Origin: Eledone cirrhosa
Taxonomy: Eukaryota
Direction of reading: 5' to 3'
DNA: 49,044 nucleotides
Assembly: GCA_964016885.1 (NCBI GenBank)
Contig: CAXHJY010000985.1
Coordinates: 1 to 49,044 of the forward strand
Made by a program: the position numbers and the translations under genes. Of this stretch, positions 1 to 13,826 are shown piece by piece. The stretch's first letter is position 1; each line of letters opens with the position of its first letter. A model generated the notes under the pieces. The model did no database searches. It saw only the letters and a list, made by a program, of their open reading frames with translations, and was not told the origin of the DNA.

Positions 1-46
1 ATATAATATATATATATATATATATAGATATATATATATATATAAT

Positions 47-127
<81 letters not shown>

Positions 128-448
128 ATATATATATAATAGTATATATATATTATATATATAATATATATATATATATATTATATATATAATTATATAT
201 ATATATATTATATATATAATATATATATAATATATATATATATTATATAATAATATATATATAATATATATATATATTATATATATAATATATATATATA
301 TGTTATATATATAATATATATATATATTATATATAATATTATATATATAATATATATATTATATATATAATATATATATATATATATTATATATATAATA
401 TATATATATTATATATATATATATTATATATATAATATATATATATAT

Positions 449-480
<32 letters not shown>

Positions 481-551
481 ATATATATATTATTATATAC
501 ATTATTATATATATATATTATATATATATATATATATATAATATATATATT

Positions 552-583
<32 letters not shown>

Positions 584-660
584 ATTATATATATATATTA
601 TATATATATATTATATATATATATTATATATATATATTATATATATTTATATATATACAT
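1..660. repeat. (TA)n microsatellite, degenerate
   Basis: Continuous TA dinucleotide with occasional TTA/TAA slips. Confidence 0.97.
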
Positions 661-981
661 GTACATACACACAAGACGATTCTAGTGAGCAGATCGGTTC
701 CTAATAAAAACAAAATAAATATCGTTTCTTAAATGTTTTTGCTACCCCTAATTCATACAAGCCAAGTACCAACCAATATTCCACGAAGTTTCCTTGAACA
801 GGGAGTAGATAACCGAGGTCCATGGGGGTAGTATAGAGCCTGCTTGAAAGAAAAAGGTGACAGAAAAAAGAGATAAATTTGGGTCACAAAAAATTTATAA
901 GAAAAAAAAAATTGTTTCGTATTTTTTTTCAAATGTGTGAAAAAATTATAAAAATAATTATAAATATATAAAATATATATA

Positions 982-1072
<91 letters not shown>

Positions 1073-1931
1073 GTGAACGTAATGAACAATAAAAATGAAA
1101 CAAAATCGAAGATAGGTTCTTAATTATTTCTTTGTTTTACGATCGTTTCAGAGAGTTGATTTATCATGGTAGGTCGATATATTGACTTAATAGGTAGTGG
1201 TTATAGTTATGTCACTACCCATCTCTAGTCTCGAAAATCCTTGATCCATCACACCATCTTTCTGAGAAACAATCTCGTTGAAACAATCTAGTTGAAACCA
1301 TCTCTTCAAGGTTTGTAGTGTGTTCTAATTACGTTACCGGCCACACCAGAAACAGGTGGACACAATTTAATATACATATATATAAATATATATATATAAA
1401 TATAAATATATTCCAAGGAAAAAAATGTAGAGCTAAATTAGAAAAATTGTAAAGCATTAGTATATATATATAATAACAATGACAATTTTGATTATAAATA
1501 TATATCGATGTTTCAAGTCCTATATTTATTATAATTGATTTTCCGTAATGTTAGCATCTTTATATTTTCATATATTTTTATTTTTATTTTCTCAATTTTT
1601 CCTCTCCAGGACTTTTTGTATTTCTGTTTCAATATTACAGTTTTTCTCCTTATTTTGAGGTCGATATTGTTATAGCAACGAGTTGTTTTCATAATATTTT
1701 GTTTCTTAATTTATCTTTCTTTTAATTTTTTTTAAAATTCATTTTGTTTTCATTATTTGTCGACACTTTGTCCTGTGCTGTCCTCAATGCTATACTTTGT
1801 GTCAACCCTTGTGGTAAATAAAGAAAGCATTATTTGTCAACACTTAAAAAAAATCCTTTTATTCGACCTTGTTTTCAGTTTTCTCAACATTATTTTTTTA
1901 AGGCAAGTTTTGTGAGACGTTGTATATTTTG

Positions 1932-2310
1932 TTTTCAGTTTTAAAAGGGAGACGATGTGGAGTATTGTAGTTTCATTTCAGTTTTAAAAGGGAGGCGATG
2001 TGGAGTGTTGTAGTTTCATTTCAGTTTTAAAAGGGAGGCGATGTGGAGTGTTGTAGTTTCATTTCAGTTTTAAAAGGGAGGCGATGTGGAGTGTTGTAGT
2101 TTCATTTCAGTTTTAAAAAGGAGGCGATGTGGAGTGTTGTAGTTTCATTTCAGTTTTAAGAAGGGAGGCGATGTGGAGTGTTGTAGTTTCATTTCAGTTT
2201 TAAAAGGGAGGTGATGTGGAGTGTTGTAGTTTCATTTCAGTTTTAAAAGGGAGACGATGTGGAGTGTTGTAGTTTCATTTCAGTTTTAAAAGGGAGGCGA
2301 TGTGGAGTGT
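1932..2310. repeat. 43-bp minisatellite, about 9 copies
   Basis: Unit ttttaaaagggaggcgatgtggagtgttgtagtttcatttcag recurs with period 43. Degenerate copies resume at about 2540-2835 and 3055-3395. Confidence 0.95.
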
Positions 2311-2839
2311 CAGGGAAAAGTTATTAAAAAATAATCTATTTTATATTCGTACAAATATTTTACAGTGTAACTATATACCTTGTTATTCTTATATAATTCA
2401 CAAAAATATATTATAAGCTTAACTTACTGACGACTGATTAAATGACAAGTCAGTCAATCATATTGGTGGCTCCACACAGCCCCGGCGGACAGAATAGAGA
2501 AGGCGTTTCCCCGGAGGACGCAAGGGTGGGAGTGTGGGGTGTTGTAGTTTCATTTCAGTTTTAAAAGGGAAGTAATGTGGAGTGTTATATTTTCATTTCA
2601 GTTTCAAAAGGGAGGAGTGTGGTGTGTTGTATATTTCCATTTAATTTTGTAAGGCACATTTTTTTTGGGGGGGGGGGGGGCATGGAATATTTTCACTTCA
2701 TTATTTAAAGGGAAGTGATGTGGGGCAAGGTATATTTTCATTCCATTTTGTAAGGCAAGTTTTGTGGTGCATGGTATATTGTCGTTTCCTTTTTAAAATG
2801 GGAGTTAAGCGAGGTATGGTATATTTTCTTTCATTTTAA

Positions 2840-3050
2840 CCCTTTAGCATTTAAACCGACCATATCCGGCCAGAATTCTTTCACCTCTTTCTGTTTAAAC
2901 CAGCCACTCATACTGATGTTAAGGTATTGTTCTCAAAATAAATAATATCAAAATCTCATAGATTTGATATTATGTGAGATAATTATGTAAGATACAGCTT
3001 TTACCATGAAAATATAATAGTAAATATAGAGTAATGTAAATGCTAAAGGG
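2840..3050. mobile_element. MITE, piggyBac-type ends (copy 1)
   Basis: 14-bp TIR CCCTTTAGCATTTA...TAAATGCTAAAGGG, flanked by TTAA on both sides (2836-2839, 3051-3054); no ORF. Confidence 0.85.
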
Positions 3051-3099
3051 TTAAAAGGGGAGTTAAGCGAGGTATGGTATATTTTCTCTTCACTTTTAA

Positions 3100-3320
3100 C
3101 CCTTTAGCATTTAAACCGACCATATCCGGCCAGAATTCTTTCACCTCTTTCTGTTTAAACCACCTGTAACCAGCCACTCATACTGATGTTAAGGTATTGT
3201 TCTCAAAATAAATAATATCAAAATCTCATAGATTTGATATTATGTGAGATAATTATGTAAGATAAAGCTTTTACCACGAAAATATAATAGTAAATATAGA
3301 GTAATGTAAATGCTAAAGGG
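3100..3320. mobile_element. MITE, piggyBac-type ends (copy 2, tandem duplicate)
   Basis: Near-identical to 2840-3050 plus a 10-bp insertion; same TIR and TTAA flanks. Confidence 0.85.
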
Positions 3321-3787
3321 TTAAAATGGAGTTAAGCGAGGTATGTAAATGATAAAGGGTTAAAATGGAGTTAAGCGAGGTATGGTATATTTTCATATGA
3401 ACATTCATTTCAGCTCTATTTTTTTTTGTCATTCTCTGAATTGTCTTTTCCATTGTTATTACCTTTTTTTCAGGAGAGTTCTTAAGAACGGGGGGCATGG
3501 CAAGTGTGCTGGGGTTGTGTGTGTGTGGTATATTTTGAAGTATTGACCTTTCGAAATATTGAAATATAATTGATGATGAGTATTGTATGATAGAAACTAG
3601 GTTGAGAGGGGGTGACATGGGTGATGGTCATAGTGATGGTAGTAACTAAGGTAAGGTCTAATGGTGGGGGAATGATGGAGAAGGAAGGAAGAAAGGAAGG
3701 ATAGAAGTAAGAAAGAAGTGAGAAGCCTATTTAAAAATTGGGGTCATTGTTAGTGTATGTAAAGGGAATCGTTTTATTGTCGGTATT

Positions 3788-3790
<3 letters not shown>

Positions 3791-3863
<73 letters not shown>

Positions 3864-3868
3864 TAGAG

Positions 3869-3926
<58 letters not shown>

Positions 3927-3927
3927 G

Positions 3928-3978
<51 letters not shown>

Positions 3979-4100
3979 GTATATGTAGATATATATATAT
4001 ATGTAATGTATATTTATATATACACACACATATATATACATATATATACAATTCTCGATCAATTGTTATATATAAGAAGAGAGAGAGAGAGAGAGAGAAA
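3791..4100. repeat. Compound (CT)n/(TA)n/(GA)n microsatellite
   Basis: Directly visible. Confidence 0.95.
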
Positions 4101-4124
4101 AAGGAAGCGAGAAAGAGAGAAAGA

Positions 4125-4263
4125 ATCGACCCCAGTACTTGACTGGTATTTTTTTATCGACCTCGAAAGGGCGGAAGGCAAAGTTGCCCTCGGCGGGATT
4201 TGAACTCTGTAAACTACAAAGCATTCTATCCGACGTTCTAACGTCTCTGAAATTCGCTGCCCT
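4125..4263 (-). mobile_element. tRNA-derived SINE, diverged copy
   Basis: Matches the window's major SINE (minus-strand B-box GAGTTCAAATCC followed by the cctt..cat.cctt..gg.gtcgataaaa..accag core). Confidence 0.8.
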
Positions 4264-4569
4264 GCGTACTTGGTGTTTGGTATGGCCCCGAGTAAGACGC
4301 AGGGGCGCCATATTGACATATGGCGAGTCTGAGGGCATTTTAAAATCTGGTAGAGCGGAACACACCTCTCCAGAGCTGAGTACAGCTTATTTCTTCTAGA
4401 GGAGAAGAGAGAGAGAGAGAGAAAGAGAGTTAGAGAGAGAGAGAAGGATAGTGAGGGAGTGAGAGGAAGGAAGGAAGTGAGAAAGAGATATAGAGGCAGA
4501 ATCTACCCCAGTACTAGACTGGTACTTTATATATATATATATATATATATATAGTAATAATAATAGATT

Positions 4570-4620
4570 AGTTTCAGAAGTTCCCGTTAAGGGTGAAAGC
4601 AGCGATTCTTTGCTTAAACT
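4570..4620 (+). ncRNA. Degenerate hammerhead-like motif (family shared with 18106-18156)
   Basis: AGTTT-CAGAAGT-tCCCgttaaGGGt-GAAA-GCA..TGC-TT-AAACT. Stems I-III pair, but the core deviates at positions 4 and 9. Confidence 0.45.
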
Positions 4621-4762
4621 TTAATCTGTTATTTTAATAAATATATATATATATATAGAGAGAGAGTTAAGAACTCAGAGTAGTCTCTTACAATAAAATG
4701 GCTCTAAGAAAAAAGCTTTAACGAGCCGTACAATATAATTGAATAAACAAGAGAGATGAACA

Positions 4763-4842
4763 CTATTACCCACTCTACTACCCTAAGTATTGAGTACTTT
4801 GGTGCGTTATGGTCCACCTGGTTCCTTACCACATTTCCTTCG

Positions 4843-4882
<40 letters not shown>

Positions 4883-5197
4883 GAATAAACAAGAGAGATG
4901 AACACTAATATAAACATACATGTGTTCGAATCGTAAGGACCAAATTTGCTAGGGGGAAAAAATACTAACTACAGCAATATGGTTTTGTTATCCTTAATTT
5001 TAAATATTAAATTAAGAAAAATAAAGAAAAATAACATACCTATATTGGGCAAAACGCCTGGTAACAACTAGACAGTATTTAAAATTATGGATAACAAACC
5101 ACATTGCTGTAGTTAGTATTTTTTCACCCTAGCAAATTTGGTCCTTACGATTCTAACACATGTATGTTTATATTAGTGTTCATCTCTCTTGTTTATT

Positions 5198-5229
<32 letters not shown>

Positions 5230-5310
5230 ACGAAGAAAATGTGGTAAGGAACCAGGTGGACCATAACGCACCAAAGTACTCAATGCTTAGGGTAGTAGAG
5301 TGGGTAATAG
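4763..5310. repeat. About 550-bp composite inverted repeat
   Basis: 4763-5008 is the reverse complement of about 5075-5310, including an internal (TA)n and two unrelated sequence blocks. Confidence 0.9.
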
Positions 5311-5319
5311 GAACGAGTA

Positions 5320-5366
5320 GGACCCCGACGGCTGAGCTCAAGCCGTTTCGACGGCTAATTCTGGAC
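5320..5366 (-). ncRNA. 3' half of a hammerhead (family shared with 43544-43674)
   Basis: Minus strand reads C-GAAA-CGGC-ttgagctca-GCCG-TC-GGGGTCC. The CUGANGA half is absent (truncated at (TA)n). Confidence 0.55.
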
Positions 5367-5367
5367 T

Positions 5368-5409
<42 letters not shown>

Positions 5410-5442
5410 GTAAGATCAAAAGATGGTTAAAAGAGTTCCATG

Positions 5443-5513
5443 TATTTTATTATGCGCATTTCAAAAACAAATATCATCATGGGATGATATTTGCGTTCTC
5501 ATCAGATAAAATA
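5443..5513 (-). ncRNA. Type I minimal hammerhead ribozyme, intact
   Basis: Minus strand: TATTTTAT-CTGATGA-16-bp stem II (GAACGCAAATATCATC/GATGATATTTGTTTTT)-GAAA-TGCGCA-TA^ATAAAATA. 8-bp perfect stem I; palindromic ATGCGCAT stem III. Confidence 0.88.
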
Positions 5514-5674
5514 GGGAGACATGATATGAAGCATAAAAAACACTTGCGAGCAGTGAAGTGTTAAATCAACATATTTTAACCATCTTTTGATCATATATTT
5601 ATATATATATATATATATGGAGAGATAGAGTGATAGAGAGGAAGTGAGGAAGTGAGAAAGAGATAAAGAGGAAG

Positions 5675-5836
5675 AATCAACCTTAGAACTGGAGTGATAC
5701 ATTCTTTTATTGATCTCGAAAGAACGAAAATTAAAGTTGACTTCGGTGGGATTTGAACTCAGAGAGAAGAGAGTCGGATTAAACACCACAGAATACCCTA
5801 TCTGACGTTCTAACCACTCTGCCAAGTCGACGCCAT
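5675..5836 (-). mobile_element. tRNA-derived SINE, diverged copy
   Basis: Minus-strand A-box TGGCAGAGTGG and B-box GAGTTCAAATCC, plus the family core. Confidence 0.75.
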
Positions 5837-5886
5837 GCGTACTTGCTGTACTAAGTGGGAAATTGTCAAGATATTAATGATGTTTC

Positions 5887-7176
5887 TTGTTGCTAATAAT
5901 TGTTTCTACTTTTGGCACAAGGCCAGCAATTATCCCAGTACATTACTGGTACTTTATTTTATCGACCCCGTATGGATGAAAGGCAAAGTCAACCTCGGCG
6001 AGATTTGAACTCATAATAATTGTTCCTACTTTAGGCACAAGGCCAGCAATTACCCAGTGCATTACTGGTACTGTATTTCATCGACCCCGTATGGATGAAA
6101 GGCAAAGTTAACCTCGGTGGGATTTGAACTCAGATCGTAAAGGGACGTAACTCTATGCTAGAAAGCATGTCCGACCCTCTACCGATACTGCCAATTCACC
6201 GCCCTTTTGTTGCTAATAATTGTTTCTACTTTAGGCACAAGACCAGCAATTTCCCAGTGCATTACTGGTACTTTATTTTATCGACCCCGTATGGATGAAA
6301 GGCAAAGTCAACCTCGGCGAGATTTGAACTCATAATAATTGTTCCTACTTTAGGCACAAGGCCAGCAATTACCCAGTGCATTACTGGTACTGTATTTCAT
6401 CGACCCCGTATGGATGAAAGGCAAAGTTAACCTCGGTGGGATTTGAACTCAGATCGTAAAGGGACGTAACTCTATGCTAGAAAGCATGTCCGACCCTCTA
6501 CCGATACTGCCAATTCACCGCCCTTTTGTTGCTAATAATTGTTTCTACTTTAGGCACAAGACCAGCAATTTCCCAGTGCATTACTGGTACTTTATTTTAT
6601 CGACCCCGTATGGATGAAAGGCAAAGTCAACCTCGGCGAGATTTGAACTCATAATAATTGTTCCTACTTTAGGCACAAGACCAGCAATTAACCAGTGCAT
6701 TACTGGTACTTTATTTTATCGACCCCGTCAGGATGAAAGGCAAAGTCAACCTCGGCGGGATTTGAACTCAGATCGTAAAGGGACGTAACTCTATGCTAGA
6801 AAGCATGTCCGACCCTCTACCGATACTGCCAATTCACCGCCCTTTTGTTGCTAATAATTGTTCCTACTTTAGGCACAAGGCCAGCAAATACCCAGTGCAT
6901 TACTGGTACTTTATTTTATCGACCCCGTAAGGATGATGGGCAAAGTCAACCTCGGCGGGATTTGAACTCATAATAATTGTTCCTACTTTAGGCACAAGGC
7001 CAGCAATTAACCAGTGCATTACTGGTACTTTATTTTATCGACCCCGTCAGGATGAAAGGCAAAGTCAACCTCGGCGGGATTTGAACTCAGATCGTAAAGG
7101 GACGTAACTCTATGCTAGAGAGCATGTCCGACCCTCTACCGATACTGCCAATTCACCGCCCTTTTGTTGCTAATAA
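5887..7176 (-). mobile_element. Tandem array of SINE dimers, 4 x about 319 bp
   Basis: Each unit is a 5'-truncated SINE (about 119 bp) plus a full-head SINE (about 200 bp). Junction ttgttgctaataat recurs at about 5887, 6207, 6526, 6845 and 7164. Head has A-box TGGCAGTATCGG and B-box GAGTTCAAATCC; the core resembles my recollection of the Meta/MESC SINE domain. Confidence 0.92.
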
Positions 7177-7453
7177 TGATGGCAGTGCAGGCATTGATGT
7201 TAACTGTTGTGAATAAGTGATGATGGTCGAAGTTATAGTTATTCTGCCGTTGGAATTGTGGTTCGTTATGGTGAATATGTGATAGAGTCAATGGTCCTGT
7301 TTGTGGTCGTTGGTAGTGTTGTTGCAAGGAGGATAAGTCTTGGTGAGAGTGGTATCAGTGGTTTAGGATAGTCTGGTGCTGATGATGTTAAGGGTAGTTA
7401 AAAGAATACGTTAGCATTCCATGATTTAAAGAAAGATTTAAAGAAAGATCGGG

Positions 7454-8048
7454 TAACATTTGAAAATAATGGTTTCTTATATAGGCACAAGGTCAGCAAT
7501 TTTGGCGGGGGGGGGGGGGTCGATTAAATCGACCTCAGTGCATTACTGGTTCTTTATTTTATCGACCCTGTAAGGATGAAAGGCAAAGTTAACCTCGATG
7601 GGATTTGAATTCAGATCATAAAGGGCCGTAACTCTATGCTGCAAAGCATGGCGTCATACCCTCTCACCGGTACTGACAATTCACTGCTTTAACATTTGAA
7701 AATAATTGTCTCTACTTTAGGCACAAGGCCAGCAATTACCCAGTGCATTACTGGTACTTTATTTTATCGACCCCGTAAGGATAAAAGGCAAAGTTAACCT
7801 CGGTGGGATTTGAACTCAGATCATAAAGGGCCGTAACTCTATGCTGCCAATCCTCTGCCCTAACATTTGAAAATAATTGTTTCTACTTTAGGCACAAGGC
7901 CAGCAATTACGCAGTGCATTACTGGTACTTTATTTTATCGACCCCGTAAGGATGAAAGGCAAAGTTAACCTCGGTGAAATTTGAACTCAGATCATAAAGG
8001 GCCGTAACTCTATGCTGCCAATCCTCTGCCCTAACATTGGAAAATAAT
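7454..8048 (-). mobile_element. Three stacked SINE copies with a shared 17-bp spacer
   Basis: Spacer taacatt(t/g)gaaaataat at 7454, 7690, 7861 and 8032 bounds each copy. Confidence 0.9.
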
Positions 8049-8207
8049 GAGATGAAAATGGATGAACTACAGAAGCTGGAAACATGATATTTGGAATAAA
8101 CACATAAAATGAATGATTAATAGAAAAGGGAGGGAAAAAATGAAAAAATATAAGAAACATGATTGCAAAAAGAAATGTGTGAAACTACACAAAGGATAAT
8201 TGCTTAC

Positions 8208-8459
8208 CTTAATACAGTTCATTCTGATGAGCAATTAGAAAGAGGACGAAACTTGGTACAGGGTTCGACAGCGGTGATGGTGGGGTGGTGGTAAAGGAAG
8301 TGCATATGATTGTGTTATGGGGATCGTGAGATGTTTAGGGAGAGGGTAATCTCGGGAAAGGATTAGGGGTGGTGGTGGTGTGTGGCGATGATGGTGGGGG
8401 AGAGAACATGGGAAGATGTGAACTTGGGAACAGGAAATTGTGTTTCAAAGAATTATATT
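8208..8459 (-). other. Candidate exon (5' UTR with possible start MNCIK)
   Basis: Acceptor cttttcatttgttttctgcag| before 8459 and donor AAG|GTAAGC after 8208. All three through-frames have stops; ATG AAC TGT ATT AAG spans 8222-8208. Confidence 0.3.
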
Positions 8460-8504
8460 CTGCAGAAAACAAATGAAAAGATACATTCCAATAGTTCGAA
8501 AGGT

Positions 8505-9308
<804 letters not shown>

Positions 9309-9384
9309 GTATAATGAAACACTTGTAATAATAATATGTATGTATAAGATAATTGACAATTTTCATAGTCATATGATCTTGATT

Positions 9385-9660
9385 AACATCACCATCATCA
9401 CCATCCACTTCATTATCGACATCGTCATCATCATCATCATCATCATTTTCATCATCATCATCGTCTGTATGATTCCTCGTTCGTCATCATCATCATCATC
9501 ATCATCGTCATCATTTTCATCATCATCATCATCATCGTTTTCATCATTATCATCATCATCATGATTTTCATCATCATCATCGTCTGCATGATTTCTCGTC
9601 GCCGTCCTCAACATCATCATCATCATCATCAACATCATTATAACAACAACAACAATAATG
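9385..9660. repeat. (CAT)n trinucleotide microsatellite
   Basis: Degenerate catcatcat tract with an internal duplication. Confidence 0.92.
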
Positions 9661-9746
9661 AGCAAGTAAAATGGACATGAAATTATAACAGACACAATCA
9701 AAATTGTCATTTTCAAAGGTAATTCAAAATATCATTCTATGCATTG

Positions 9747-9749
<3 letters not shown>

Positions 9750-9809
<60 letters not shown>

Positions 9810-10037
9810 CTGTATATATATATGTATATATATATATGAATCTATATATATCTATGCCTATATATATATATATATGTATATATATGTATATATATGTATA
9901 TATACACATGCATATATATATATATATATATACATACATATATATATGTATATGTCTAGATATATATATGTTTATATATATATATATACACATATATATA
10001 TACACATATACATATGTATGTATATATACACACACAT

Positions 10038-10100
<63 letters not shown>

Positions 10101-10343
10101 TACATATATATATATATATACACACACACAAATATATATACATACAAATATACATATATATATATACATACACAGATATATACACATACACACATATATA
10201 CACATAAAAATATACATACATATATATATCTTATATATATACATATACATATATGCATACATATATATATCATATATATATACACACATATATATATATA
10301 TATATATATGTAACATATATATAGATACATATATATATGTATC

Positions 10344-10383
<40 letters not shown>

Positions 10384-10420
10384 CGTATATATATATATAT
10401 ACATATATATATATGTAACG

Positions 10421-10451
<31 letters not shown>

Positions 10452-11051
10452 GTAACGTATATATATATACATATATATATGTATCGTATATATATATATA
10501 TGTATCGTATATATATATATACATATATATATATATGTATCGTATATATATAGATATATATATGTATCGTATATATATAGATATATTTATATATGTATCG
10601 TATATATTTAGTATATATATCGTATATATTTAGTATATATATCGTATATATATATATACATATATATATATGTATCGTATATATATCGTATATATATATA
10701 TATCGTATATATATATATACGATAGTTATATATATATATCGTATATATATATATATATATATATGTGTGTATATATATATATATATCGTATGTATATGTA
10801 TATATATATATTTCGTATATGTATATATATCGTATATGTATATATATACGTATATATATGTATGTATGTATATATATATATTTCGTATATGTATATATAT
10901 ATATCGTATATGTATATATATCGTATATGTATATATATCGTATATGTATATATATCGTATATGTATATATATATCGTATATATATATATCATGTATGTAT
11001 ATATATTTATATATATATATATCGTATATATATATATATCATGTATGTATA

Positions 11052-11106
<55 letters not shown>

Positions 11107-11167
11107 TATATATATATCATGCATGTAAATATATATAATGCATGTATATGTATATATATATATATCG

Positions 11168-11208
<41 letters not shown>

Positions 11209-11293
11209 CGTATATATATAATGTATGTATACATATATATATATCGTATATATATATATTATGTATATATATATCGTATATATGTATATTATG

Positions 11294-11328
<35 letters not shown>

Positions 11329-11339
11329 TATATGTGTAT

Positions 11340-11384
<45 letters not shown>

Positions 11385-11421
11385 ATATATATAATATATA
11401 TATTTATATCGTATATGTATA

Positions 11422-11463
<42 letters not shown>

Positions 11464-11584
11464 ATATATATAATATATATATTTATAAACATATATATAT
11501 ATATATATCATTTATATATATCGTATATATATTATATATATATATGTATATATATATATCGTATAAATATCGTATATAGATATC

Positions 11585-11647
<63 letters not shown>

Positions 11648-11757
11648 CACATATATACTACTATATATATAAACAGACGCATATCATGAATCATTAGAAT
11701 ACAAAAATACACCCACACTCAGATTTACACATCTTTACACCACATATGCATACAAAA

Positions 11758-11817
<60 letters not shown>

Positions 11818-11833
11818 TTATATATATATACAC

Positions 11834-11870
<37 letters not shown>

Positions 11871-11878
11871 TACAAATT

Positions 11879-11952
<74 letters not shown>

Positions 11953-12478
11953 AATTTATATATATATATATATATATACGTACAGTCATGCAAGTTCAGG
12001 CAGACTTTATATATATATATATATATATATAAATATATATACTTACAGACACACGCGCACAAACACATACACACACACACATATATATATATAAATACGT
12101 ATATTGATATACATATACCTATATGTATATGGTATATATATATATATATATATATCTATATATATATATACATATGTAAACATATATACATATACTTACA
12201 TACACGCACATATATTCATATACATATATATATATATATATATATACACATACATACATATATATATAAATATACATTTATACATATGTATATGCATACA
12301 CCCATGCATATATATGCATGCACATACATATACATATATGTATATATAATATATACATACTCACACACACATATATACATATATATCTACAGATTCATAC
12401 ATACATATATGCATATATATATATACATATATCTATTTACAAATCTATACATACATTCACATGTATATGCACATGTAC

Positions 12479-12536
<58 letters not shown>

Positions 12537-12580
12537 ATACATATATACATATATATACATACATATATACATATATATAC

Positions 12581-12613
<33 letters not shown>

Positions 12614-12782
12614 CATATATATACATATATATACATATACATATATACATAGATATACATATACATTCATATATATACATATACATAGTTATACATATAC
12701 ATATATATTTACATATACATATATATTTACATATACATATATATTTACATACATATGCATACATATTTACATACATATATAT

Positions 12783-12833
<51 letters not shown>

Positions 12834-12917
12834 CATATTTACATATATATATATATATACATACATATTTATATATATACATACATATTTACGTATATAT
12901 ACATACACATATACATG

Positions 12918-12997
<80 letters not shown>

Positions 12998-13015
12998 TAG
13001 ATATATATATATACG
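9750..13015. repeat. (TA)n-derived compound microsatellite
   Basis: TA tract with higher-order TATCGTA and TACA variants. Confidence 0.95.
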
Positions 13016-13795
13016 TCCGTGGATTTCAGTGTTTAAAATATTTATAGTGTTCATTTTGTTTTACGAGAATTCGCAAGATGAATCTCACGAGATTATATTT
13101 TGGGCTCATTTCATTCGAGATTTCACCAGTTTTTCACCATTTTTAATATAACTTATTTTGAGATTTTTGATAAACCGGATTTGATAATTTAAATTATAAT
13201 TATTATGCAATTGAAATTTTACATTATAATTATGAACATATTCATAATTACAATTATTTGTTTTTAAAATTTATGTAATATTTTTTCTTTCATTTTTTTT
13301 ACAGTTTAAATTAAGTTTTACTTTAAAATTCCATATTGAAATATGGCGTTTTCATAAGAAAGAAATTAAAGTGTAACGTTTAATTTCTTTATTTTTCGAT
13401 TCGATTTGATTTGATATGTTTTGGAAAATATTAACTATTTTTTTTTTTCATTTTATTTAAAATATTTTATTTTAAAAAATAATAAATAGAGGCTGCTGTT
13501 ATGTCATGCTTTTTTTTTTCTTATTTTTTAAATTAAAATATTTTAAAATTTAGAGTTTGGTTCATCAGATATTTCGTTCCGTTTTGGTATATTTAGATTT
13601 ATAAATATATTCATTTGTTATTTTCTTTTGATTTCGTTTGAAAATGTTTAAGTCATCAAAACAGGTTATAAATGTAAATTAGGTTGTTTGAAAATTTTGG
13701 GTGTGAGGTGGTGGTGGTAGGGGTGACAGAACATTTATAAATATTTTAATACACAATTTATATATATGTACATATATATATGCATACATATACAG

Positions 13796-13826
<31 letters not shown>

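Noticed and set aside
1262-1312. Three 14-bp gaaacaatct..tt repeats with minus-strand TTGAAGA
   Set aside because: Short tandem duplication; no complete ribozyme core.
1932-2310. CRISPR-like periodic array
   Set aside because: Pure tandem units with no unique spacers, no cas genes, eukaryotic context.
5088-5120. Possible decayed hammerhead 3' half (ggataac-aaac..gctgta-gttag)
   Set aside because: GAAA not intact in either arm and no CUGANGA.
5887-7176. tRNA gene cluster
   Set aside because: A and B boxes belong to SINE heads; no cloverleaf or acceptor stem.
8221-8262. CTGATGA...CGAAAC..GTA hammerhead-like string
   Set aside because: No stem I and only one stem II pair; probably chance.
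9340-9716. Poly-Ser/poly-Asp/poly-Met ORFs
   Set aside because: (CAT)n microsatellite translations.
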